The notes beneath the pieces are model-generated. The model ran no database searches, was not told the DNA's origin, and was given only the letters and a program-made list of their open reading frames with translations. Below are positions 38,572 to 49,874 of a DNA stretch of 64,000 bases, piece by piece. The translations under genes and the position numbers were made by a program. This DNA comes from Dimorphilus gyrociliatus (lineage: Eukaryota > Animalia > Annelida): assembly GCA_904063045.1 (NCBI GenBank), contig CAJFCJ010000003.1, forward strand, positions 1,984,001 to 2,048,000, read 5' to 3'. Positions within the stretch are counted from its first letter, which is position 1. Each line of letters opens with the position of its first letter.

Positions 38572-38982
38572 TAACGGAATAGATTGAGCCATAAATCTTT
38601 AAACTTATTTATATAAAAAAAACTCCGTCTAATTTCTCTCAGTAATGAGAAGAGAAGATTGTATTGTTTTCTTATAAAATCTAAAGTTATGTGAATAAAA
38701 AGTTAGTCACACCTTTAGTACGAATTTTAAAAGCCTAATTTTAGCATGTGTCTCATTAGTTTGTATTCATTCGAAATAGAACAAAATCCTTAAACACTCT
38801 GAATAGAACATAGAATAGTATCACAAAGAAAACGCTTTTGATGACATACTTTATCAACTGTATGTTGTGAGTGTCGCGTTCGGTAGTTATAAACTGTCAA
38901 GTGCTTGAGTTTAAGAGATATAAAGAGATTTAATTGTAAATGAGCGTTACTTCATTTTATCAGTAAACATATAAGAAAAGCA

Positions 38983-40799
38983 TCAGCTTATATAGAAATA
39001 CATAAATGCCAAAACTACAACTAATATTATAATAAAGCAAATTAAAAATGTAATGCACAGCCTATTGCCTTTAGATTTGAAGCGTGGCTCAACAGAGTTA
39101 GATGTTGCTCTACTTAATGAGGAGGTGGCAATATTCGAAAAATTATTATCTCTTCCTTTAACGAAGATTCTAACATATATTAACCAATCTTCCCATTTTG
39201 TGCTTGTTTCCGCCATATTCCATGTTTTTATTGCTTCTGGTCCCAATCTCTTCTGGCCTCCGCTCGACATTCTTGTAGGAACTGTTTCCACTCCCCACAA
39301 TAAAGTATCTTATAAAGATAAAACAAATTAATAAATTCGTTCGGCGCACGAAGTATTTGATGTAGTATACCTGAATTGTCTAACCAAGACGACACTCGTT
39401 CTACAGTCTTGGAAAAAGATTCGTACTTAACAACTTCCTCTTCATTTGTAAAAGGAAGGGAAACCGGGGCAAAAGTCATTTTCGTGATTTGGATAGGTTC
39501 GTTGGGATTTAATGTTATTTCCGATGATCCTTTGGCGTAAAAGATTCGAATTATCTGGAAATAGAATGTTGGATTCGCTGCATCAGGCCTACTACTATGT
39601 TCTGTATAAAAACACCTCTGGGAATTCAGATTTTTATCGTGTCCTGTGTAAACACAAATATCATAAATGAGCTTATTTTTACAAACAATATAGTAAATTA
39701 CCTTTTTGTTTAATGAATAGAGTTTGAATATTTATCATTCTATGAGAATTTGCCTCTGGGGTAGCCAGCCAAGAATTAACTTTCTCCATTAAAGATGTGA
39801 ATGTTCCTGGATTCTGAATTTTAGGTAAGAAATCCTTAAATGCAATTTCTTCGTGAGCAGGAAACATTTCAACAAAAAAGAGTCTTAAAAAGAAACCAAA
39901 CTCCCTTGTTTTGCTAGAGTATTCCTGCCAATAAGTTGAACCAGAGTTTATTTTGCCATTTTTAGTTCGAGCAATTAGAGTTTCTAAATTCAATATTTTT
40001 CCAGCTATTGGCGAAGTCTTTAGAGACTTGTTAACTTTTCTTATTAAAAAGTTTATGGTTTCTGAACGGTCTAGTGGTGAGAAATCAAACATTCCGATTT
40101 GTAAAGGACTGCTTAAAGGGTTCCGTGGATGGATCCATAATCTCAATCCTCTTAAATATTTATTTTTCGTATTAGCTGAGAAGCTTTTTATTCTCATAAC
40201 TGCGTCCGTATTATTGACCTTGAATTTACGCGGATTTTAAAACATATTTATTTAAAAAATTCTATTTCCTTTGTTCCCTTAATCTCCAATTCGAGATAAC
40301 CCGTTAAAAGGACATAAAGAGTTAATATTTTAAAAGACTCGTTTGATCTCCTATCTCATTTAGAATAATAATTTAGTATAATATCTAATTAAACTAATTA
40401 AATAAGTCATTGTTAAAGTTTAACTGTTTGTCTGTTAAGTTTGTACTAGATAATAATTTCTTTAATTCGGTTATAAATCCGCTTAAAAACCTGTTCAACT
40501 GTTGCTGAACACCAAGTAACTGTTTCGCATTTGTAAACGCCCATTGATGGATTCTGTAGAAGCCATTGATTGGCCTTTTTAATTAATCCTTTAAAATTTC
40601 CGATGGTTTTAACTTGATCCGGATTTTTTACATGTGGTGTAAAATCAACAAAGCTTAATTTCCATGAATGTTCAACGTTCTGAACGGGCGGAGGATATCT
40701 TGTACTGTTTATTACTTCCTCGTAGCTTGGTGGTAAAATTGAGAAATCGAAAGATGAGTGAGAAGACGAATCACTAGACTCATCGGGAGTTTCCATCAT
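38983..40799 (-). CDS. Uncharacterised tail-anchored protein of about 474 aa with four tandem copies of an unnamed domain of about 80-100 aa
   Basis: Exons 40799-40491, 40218-39702, 39643-39371 and 39308-38983 join in frame through canonical GT-AG introns (1425 nt in total). N-terminal PPSY motif and C-terminal hydrophobic helix LCITFLICFIIILVVVLAFMYFYIS*. Confidence 0.8.
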
Positions 40800-40975
40800 T
40801 CTGAAATAAAGTATATTACCTGTTTTGTAGAATATTTTAAATGATATTATTTATTTTAAAGTAACCTAAAAATTTCTTTGCATGTTAGAAAAAAAAATGA
40901 GCTAAGTGAGGATTTCGATGAATTGAGTCTTTCTCTGACAACGCCCAGAAACAGGTGTGTGACTTTTGTAGAAGA

Positions 40976-40989
40976 GTTACCATGGATAC
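40976..40989. promoter_or_regulatory. RFX X-box GTATCCATGGTAAC (minus strand) upstream of the uncharacterised repeat gene
   Basis: Plus strand GTTACCATGGATAC fits GTHNYY-AT-RRNAAC on the minus strand, 177 nt from the ATG at 40799. Confidence 0.65.
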
Positions 40990-43912
40990 ACTACGAATGC
41001 GGGTAAAGGTGCGACAGGTGGCGTGTAGGTAATACGTCAAAATTGTAATAAATATAACTATCTTGAGAATAAATAACACCATCTTTTCTAAAACAAGAAT
41101 ATAAAAAAGTCTATATAAACGAAGAATAATTGCTTTATTTTTTTAGAATATGTCATAAAGGAGGTTCATTAGTTTTTAGCAGTCCGTTTATAGAATAAAT
41201 AACTGTGTACAATATTTATGTCTATAAATAAGAAATGTAAGAAATTTGCTGATAAATTAGTTTAAGCAAAAAAAAAGAGACGACTTCTTTTGAAAATATG
41301 CCGAGTTGCATTTTTTTTCTTTATTTTTCTATTATTTAACACTCGTCCACTTGTTAAATTATGTTGTTGGCTTCTTAATTATTTATGGCCAAACGTACAA
41401 AACTCTTTGTGTAGGAATGAATCGTAGATTCCGCGGTAAGCTCAGTTAATGAGAATATAAATATACTTAGCTGCAAGTAAATGATAAGGGACTAAATACT
41501 TTTGAATATTTCAATTAAAACTATATGTTAATAAAACTTTAAAAGAGTATGGTTTCAAAGATTTGCAGAGAACAGTTATACTTCGCTATCTTTTAAATCT
41601 AATGGTGTAAGAATTTCTAAGCTTATTGCAATCAACTCTGAAAAGAGTTGAAGAAAGTAAACTGATGTGCTCTAGTTATTTTCATATCATATATAGTACA
41701 GAGCTAGGAAGTAAGACGTTCTAAATCTATTAAAATAATTCCTTTATTACGTTTGATATTCTCTAAATAAAAACGTGTTACCGCTTCTCTTTGGCTTTAA
41801 TCGCCTATCCGATCTTATACCCTTACAATGCTCTGCAGCAGTTCATTAAAGCTGCGCAGGGAAACATTTGTTGCTTTTTTTATCAAATAGGGCTATCATA
41901 TTTAATTTTCCTTTATTTGACAACAATTCACTAATAGCTGCTATTTAATCGTATTCAGAGTATTCCTAGACTTCGTATTGTTAAATCCAAATGAAAGGTC
42001 TTATCTTTTCCTTAGAAAAACTTTTCTTTAGATATTCAGTAATCCACTTCCATTCTCCTTATAGATATCCTTTTTATATAGAAAGCTAATAGAACAATTT
42101 TTCGTATTAAAATATATTATTTGATAATAGCTTCATAAACTTTTTCGGGAAGAGAAGTTTGTTCAACTTTTGATATTGCTTATGTAAATATTCAAAAGCC
42201 CTTATCATTCATGTCCCAAAACATACAAAGGAGATCGGAATCTGTGTAAAGATCTGTTTTCATTTCATGATTCATGCAGACCTTGTGTCAATTATATTTG
42301 GTAAAAAGATATTATAGAATGAAATGTTTCTTCTAACAAGTCTAAAGTGAATTTTTCATCTGCTCAATTTAATTCCTAAGCGTATTACAAAAACCAACAT
42401 TTCCTTAGTATCATATCCTGTTAACTTATCTTTACATTCTTTTCACCGTATGACGACATCGTTAACAACTTTGCATCTATACAGGTTTCTCTTAAATTCC
42501 AATCTTTAATAAACCATTCCTTCTTGTAAGGTTAAATACTGAATATGTTATATGTTATACTGTCAACCGGAGCTAGTATTAGATATACAAACTAACTTAA
42601 TTAAGTATTGTAAAATTTTCTGGAGAAGTAAAAGAGCTAAAAGGAGTATTTTGCCGCATCATATTTTATTCATTATAATCATTTATGTATTGAACCAGGG
42701 TAAATATCAACCATATGGTATTTTGATGATTATCAAACAACTCAGCTGACCAATTTATAGAAGATCGAATCATTTGACTGATTGCTCTCGATAAACAGTT
42801 TAAAATTATGATTCTGGTAGCCGATAGATGGCAGTATTAAAGGTTTAAAGATAAAAATTAAATGAGTAAAAGAAGAAGAAAAATCAAAGCAATAAAATGA
42901 GCATGCTGTAATTAATTTTACACTAATATCCACAATACAAAAAAAGCACACGAACAGGAAATAGCGAGTGGATTCTGGCATGTTGTCAGCTCGTGCTAAA
43001 CGACTAAGCGCAGCGAATATCGCTTAAATATTTACCCAACTTACACGCAAACACGCTCATTTTCTCTAATGAACACAACCAGCAAGATGGGAAATAATTC
43101 CAATCGGAATGTTCAATTTAATAACAGATTCTCAGTTCTCAGGATTCATACGAAAAAAGCTTCATCTCAAAGAACTATTTACTATAAGAAGGTTAAACCT
43201 AGTTTTAATATATAATATACTAAATTCGATCGAACCCGATTTGCCTTTCTTCCAAACGCCCTTTGCCTCCTTAATCCCACACTCATCTGACGCCTAAAAC
43301 GATTTCGGCTAAGCCTATAATGGTAGCGTCGCCGGCGTCGCTTGACCTCTCGGAAGCAAAATCTTCAGTCATAAGCGACGGTCCCACGCTCTGGGCGTCT
43401 AATGCCTACATTTTTCTTCTCTTCAACATTTCTGCAGTCTAATCGCCTTAGATGAGGTACTCATCACGCGAAGTAGGCCGTTTCAGGAGCTGTTGCTTTT
43501 CTTTATCAACTTAAAAGCATTATGTACTTGCCGAGTTGAAAAATTAAGTCATTTACGATCTTTTTTTTCTGTTTTAAAATTGAAATATTCATTTAAATTG
43601 ATATATTCTTGCATTTTCCTTATAAACTACTTTTTCAAGATTTATTCCTTTTATACTTTCTTGAAAATGTAGTAACCTTAAATATTTTATTTCATATTTT
43701 CATCGTATTTATACGTTAATTTGGAAACACCAACGAAAAGGATTAATCTCTTAATGCCCTTTAATCTACGTGACACGTTGCTTAATAGCAGTAATTAAAT
43801 TCTAGAGATGAATGGAGGAATCGAAGGAGGTGTGGCTTAATTTATTCCTTGGCGCCTCCTATTGGTTAAAAATCCTCTCCGTTTCTTGATTCACTTGTGT
43901 AAATCTATCGGT

Positions 43913-46900
43913 ATGGACGGAACTGGAAATGTTCCTGTTTCAGGGCACGGCAGCTTTGGTTTTGGAAGCAACGGACTTCAGTGAGTACATTTTAATTTAT
44001 TATATCTTAAATCACTATTAACTTAAGATACGCGTAATGGTTCAAATAATTTCAATATAGAATGATTATCAATATTATAATATCAAGAAATATTTCTTAA
44101 AATATAAAGTCTAAGAAGAAATAAATTAAATTTTTTTTTAGAGAAAAAGAGCATCATTTTTTTTTCAAAAAAACAATTTAACAAAAGTTTATTAAAGACT
44201 TATAAGCAATTATAAACGACCTCAAGTGAAAATTAATTATTCACATCCTCATATGAATATACATAAGAGACAAACTTTAAACATTAAAATATTTTGTAAA
44301 TGGAAAACTTTTTTTAAAGATGGATCTCTATCGTAAAAAAAATGTCTTGAATGAATAGGAGAAACTGGCAAAAAATAAGATTATCTTTGGGGAAAAAATG
44401 ATCAATTGAATATTTTAAAATGTGAAAAATTTCCATTTCACTAACAATGTTTATATTATATTAAAAATAAATCCAACAACAAAAAACTCGAAAAAAAATC
44501 AATACCGATCAAGAGCAATTCACTTATTTGCCCATTTCTAAAAAGCGCTTAATTCCACTCGAACTAGACTAAAACCGTCTTAAAATGTTTAAATCGACGG
44601 ATTAATTAAGCAAAAATGCTCAGAAAGCAATTAACGCCAGTATAAACAAGAGGATTATGGTTTAATTTGCGAATTGTTTATTTCAATTATTATGGCTTAA
44701 GCTCAGATCCTTAACGTTAATTATTTAAATAAAAAAAACATATTTTCATCTTGTAAATAAGGAAAGAAGTCTTGAAAAAGACTATAATAATTGTTAAAGC
44801 GGGCGAATTTGTGAACTTGATGCCGTATGGTTTAAAAAATTAAATGGTGCGTATCGGATGATGAAAGATTATAGCGCTTCTAAAAGCTTACGGCAAAGAA
44901 AAATCCGGTTTGAGACGGATAAATAAATCAGAGCTATATCATTTGTGCAAAAAGCCGATTAAAACGCCTATAATTTGCATATCCGTGTTCAATATCCGAA
45001 TCTTTCAAAGCTGAAACACGTTAAGTAAACTTTTAAAAAAGAAATCAATATAGAATAAGAAAATTTGATGAGAAAATTATTTTAAGTAGATAACAAGTGG
45101 TTTGTGGTTGTGCTTCTTTAATTCAAAAAATAAATGCGGAAGTACCGAGACATAGGTTAACATTCATGAACATAATTGTAAAATCTTTTAAAAAAATATC
45201 TAAGTAAATGAAAAAATAACATTAAAATATTTATTGCAACTGTTCAATAGGCTTATTCTCTTTTTTTTTCGTTATCTTTTCTTTAAAATAAAAAAGAACG
45301 ATAATTAGATGTTTTATACTAGAGAGCATCGTCTCAAATAAGCATGTAAATAAACGTTAAAAAAACGATAATGCGTGCCAGGAATTAAAGAGCTTTAACC
45401 AATAGAATCATTAGTTGTTTTTGTTTTTTCTTTCTATCTCTTTTCCATGAGGTTCAAAGGATCGAAAGAAACTTAATCAAACATAATAAATTTTTAATTG
45501 TCAAAGAAATAAACTGATAATGTAAATACAAAAAAAAAACGAAAATGAAATAAAAGTATGGAAAACATTAGGCTATATCGTATTACAAAGCTTCGCAATG
45601 TTAAGTCACTAATGATTTGAATATCCGCCTCGAGCACTCATCGAATGAGATCTACCCACGTTAAGCAAACTCGTTCAAAAAATTTTGAACAATAAAACAC
45701 CAAATAATCCGAAAGGGATTATCTGTGAGAATGTGTGAGAAAATACCGGAAATAAAACTCTCTTAATTTGCATATCGGCGTCAAACATATTTACACATAT
45801 ATATCAACATATATATATATATATATTTAAATGCGTCAAATAAGGCCTAAACACGTTTCGCAAACTCGCGCCAACAATAAGAGAAAAAAAATCTGAAACG
45901 CGGATTATCGGTGAGAAGGAACATGTAAAATCAACAAAGCCTTATGGCGCATTTTCGGCTAGCAAATCCGTGTGTTTTTTGGCACCTTTGTGCGCGTAAT
46001 TCGAGCCGAACACGTCGTAATTATTCCAACACGTTCTAGGTGCACGTTTTGCTAAGGCACTTTCAATAACTGATCCGAACCTATTCAAATATATCATGTC
46101 TTCGTCTCCTTTAAAGGAGTGCTTGTCAGTGAGTAATGTACCATTGGCTATTACATAACGATTTAGCATTAACATAATAGACACTCAACTGAACTCATAT
46201 TATGGGATTTTTACGACTTTTTATGTAATTCCAGTCTTACAGCGTATCACAGAGCATTTCGCCGACAAAGACGTGTTCTTAGTCCGCGTAATGCGCTTAG
46301 CGCTAATTTTTTTACATTACCCTAATAACTATCAAAGAAAGGGGTCGTTGAAATTTTCATAGTCACGAGCTTCTCACAGCAAGAAATGGCATTTTTCACT
46401 TAGTCGCTTAAATATGTGGTAAGCTGAATAAACGCCCTGAGCGTCACTTCTCCGACGCCTTATTTGCCGAAACGCGAGACGGTCTCGGTCAATACACTAA
46501 AGTCGAGAGTTCTATTTGATCTGGATCGGGCGTCCCTTTTTTCTATTAGAAAAGGTGCGAAAATGAATAGGTCATGTGACTTGACAATCAAGCTTTCGGT
46601 TATATTTCACACAGGCCCCGGATATAAGTTATTTTTTTCAAATAAGTATTTCCCTTTCATTCAGTGTGTTGTAAACAGATAATTGGTTGATTTCTCCGAG
46701 GCATCCTTCAAAGTTATGAAGGCGACATTTAGAGAAAATTAGATTTATAACTATGCTAATTACCTAATATTCTAAATAATTACTCCCACGAGATAACGAT
46801 TTGAAATTAATAGACTAAATCCTCTTAACGATGCGCCATCTTTGTTTGTTTGCTAATCGATTGGGGATGATCTGTAAACTGAACGAAGATGGAATGGGTG

Positions 46901-48241
46901 TATTTTGCGCGATTTACGAGAGTCATGACTATTTTAAGCGTCTAAATCATTTCTTCCAAGATTTAATAATTAAAGCTTTATTTGTCATTTTCCAACAGGC
47001 CAAGTTTAAATTTGCAACCAAACTTTCTCCAATCATCAGTTCAATGTGCTATTTCGCCTTTCTACGGCCACCAACCTGCTTCGTTGCATACATTAACTTT
47101 GGCGGAGCGTCTTGCTGGTGAATATTTTTTAAATAAAACTAAAACATGTAAGCATGTTAATAAATTATAATTTTCAAGCAGATATCATCGTTGAAGCCCG
47201 GTATGGTGCTCAAAGGAAACAACGTCGGTCAAGGACAGCATTTACTAATGCTCAACTAACAGCTCTTGAAAAAACGTTCGCAAAAACTCACTATCCCGAT
47301 GTGGTTATGAGGGAGCGTTTAGCCATGATGACTCATCTGCCAGAATCAAGAATTCAAGTGTGGTTTAAAAATCGGCGAGCAAAATTTAGAAAGAAGCAGA
47401 GGGGAAGTAAACAAATTCAAAATGTTCCAAAGGAAAGAGATGAGGAAAAGAAGGAAGATTCCGAAGGTAAGGGGATAAAGTAAGGGTAATTCTAAGCTGC
47501 GCTGTAGGGGCTTTACATAGCCGCCAGATTGATTCTTTCCCTTTCGAAAAAGGATTCAGATGAATTTCAGACTTTTTCCTAATAACTAAAGAGCCCTCAA
47601 AAAGCTAGCACTTAGCACAGCAGAGTCTAAATATTCTTATTAACGTATGCATTATGCATTATGCCTAACGTATAAGCTTATCATTAAATAGTATTAAGTA
47701 CTAAATTTATTTTAAAAACTTTGAAAAAGTCTTAAGCGCAATAAAGGAATGTGTAGAAAAATATTTTTTATCCTAATTTAAATATTGAATGTTTTTCCCA
47801 GAAAAATTTAGTTCTAAATCGGATGACAATGACGAGGAGGCCAAGAGTGATACTTCTGAAACATCACCAACTAAATCAGATTCAAATCAGAGTGAATTAT
47901 TTTTCTCAAATAGCTCAGGTAAATTCGGATGAATAATTTTCTCATTTTCTTATTATAGAAATTTTTTATTAGCCAACGCAAGACCTTCCGTCAATCCACA
48001 ATTCTTCAGTAGTCCTCAAATGAATCTACTGGAACAGCAAATGACGCAACCAGCACTTAACCTACTTCAGCGTCACCTACTAACTCAAAGCGGTTATTTG
48101 AGTTGGCCATCTTCAATCTCTTCACCCCTGCCTGTGCCGTCTGCGAACTTTCCACTATTTGGAAGTTCTGTTTTGAATGGAAGAAATTCATCTTCACTTG
48201 GGTTTTTTCCCACAACTAATCGGCAAAAAAGTAATCCATAA
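43913..48241 (+). CDS. DMBX1: Diencephalon/mesencephalon homeobox 1 (paired-like, K50 homeodomain), 5 exons with a 3-kb first intron
   Basis: Exon 1 at 43913-43980 (phase 2) joins 46999-47117 (LTLAERLA), 47182-47466 ([18 protein letters not shown]...[15 protein letters not shown]...[15 protein letters not shown]), 47801-about 47917, and about 47972-48241. The [16 protein letters not shown] motif is characteristic of Dmbx. Confidence 0.92.
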
Positions 48242-48821
48242 AAGAAAAGACGTAACGGCGAAGTAACTTACTTCCAAAGTTGTAGAATAAATATTCACAA
48301 GAAAAAAAACTCTTTTTTCATAATTCAGTTTGTATTTTATTAGTTTATTTCTGTCTTTAAGCAAAAAAAAAATGATAAAAAAATGTCCTAAATTACCTGA
48401 AAATTCTCTTTCTAGCTGATAGATAATGATGTTATCACACAGTATGAATATTTAACTGCACATAAATTAGCTATTGAGATTTATTTCAAATTTTGATCTT
48501 TGTAATATGTAGTTTATTGTCATTGTTAAAGACTTTATTATAGTGACCTATAAAATACCGTATACTATACTTAAAGAGAAAAAAACCAAATATTTAACAT
48601 TACTATTTCTATTGCTTTTTTTCTCTTAATTAAATATTCTTAGCTTATTGGTTTTAAAGAAAATTAATAAATTAACTTGATTTCTACGATGTCTGTCGAT
48701 AATTTTCTTCAGTGTATAGACTTTTAAAAGGGATTTTTTTAAATCAGAAAGATGGCGTTGTTATACATATCTGACTGTTTCGCTAATAGTTGACAGTCTG
48801 TGATCTTTCTAACAGCGCAAA

Positions 48822-49793
48822 ATGCCTATTTCCAGCCCTGATGAGCTGGAAACGGCGCTGGTAGATCTTACTAACAACATGGAAAAGGTATTAGAAACCA
48901 CAATGTCAATTTGGAATGAAACAAAAGACGTTTATGAATTTATAAAAAATCCAGGAAAATTAAGTAAAATGGGAAGTCTTATCGGACTTTACCACCAGTT
49001 TTTCATTCATTGCGAAATAGGTAGTCTAATGGACTTAGAAAGGATCTTTAAACAGTTTTATACAAAATTATCAGTTCAGGAAGCAGTTGCAGGTGTGTTT
49101 TAAATATACTGTATTTATTTATCTTTTCCATTCTATCACTTGATAGACTACGACTTCGTTGAAAGAAAATGGAACAGATTTCTTGAAAATATTGATGATA
49201 AACTAAATCCATCTTATTATAGAATATCTACTGTAAACTCCATTGCACCAATAGAAACACGGTTAAAATCTCTAGATGGACAAACTGTTTTATTAAAAAA
49301 TCTTGTTGAAAAAAGTTCAAGTACTGTCTTGGTCCTATTAAGACATCTTGCTTGAGTTCCGTGACGTCGACATGTCGTCGAACTTACTAACAATATGCAT
49401 AAATTTTCAAACTTGGAAACAAACATCATTGTTATTTCGTTTAGTGGAATGGAAGGTGTTAAACTTTGGAAGAGAGACACCGGTTGTGAATTTCCAGTTT
49501 TTGTTGACGAAGAGAGGATTCTTTACAAGACAATTGGTCTAAAAGTGACTGTTGCAAAAGTTTGGAGCTCAACTTCATTAGGTTACTACGCCGAAGTCTT
49601 AACTAATGGTGGAAAATTAATTAGCCCCTATTCTAACATAAAAGATGACCCTAATCAAATGGGCGGCAACGTGATAATTGATAATACAGGAGTTTATCGA
49701 TTTATTTATAAAAGCAAAACGCCACAAGACAGACCTAGCATGGAAGAATTAGAATCGTCAATTAAATCCTTGCATATTGTTAGTCGAATTTAG
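48822..49793 (+). CDS. SELENOL: Selenoprotein L (thioredoxin-like/AhpC-TSA_2 fold) with a UxxU motif encoded by two in-frame TGA codons; 305 aa if both are read as Sec
   Basis: Exon 48822-49092, 54-nt intron, exon 49147-49793. The frame stays continuous through TGA 49353-49355 and TGA 49362-49364 (VLVLLRHLA-U-VP-U-RRHVVEL), followed by family motifs FPVFVDEERILY and DPNQMGGNVIID, and a downstream SECIS. Confidence 0.93.
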
Positions 49794-49804
49794 ACTGAAT
49801 AACA

Positions 49805-49874
49805 GTATTGAGTCGAATGACAATCGAATATGAAAATCAATTGATGTATTCGATTTGATAATCTATTCCAATAC
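49805..49874 (+). promoter_or_regulatory. Eukaryotic type II SECIS element in the SELENOL 3' UTR
   Basis: ATGA 49817-20 / TGAT 49856-59 quartet; 10-bp helix II AATCGAATAT 49822-31 with GTATTCGATT 49846-55; unpaired AAA 49833-35; mini-stem ATC(AATT)GAT 49836-45; helix I GTATTG 49805-10 with CAATAC 49869-74. Confidence 0.92.

Noticed and set aside
40885-41082. 65-aa minus-strand ORF, and an overlapping plus-strand frame (EDFDELSLSLTTPRNRCVTFVEELPWIHYECG)
   Set aside because: No recognisable homology or linked exons; the region is better explained as the X-box-containing promoter/5' UTR of the repeat gene.
49353-49364. Reading the two TGAs as nonsense mutations (pseudogene)
   Set aside because: Both are TGA, fall at CxxC-equivalent positions, the flanking frame is otherwise intact, and a full SECIS follows.
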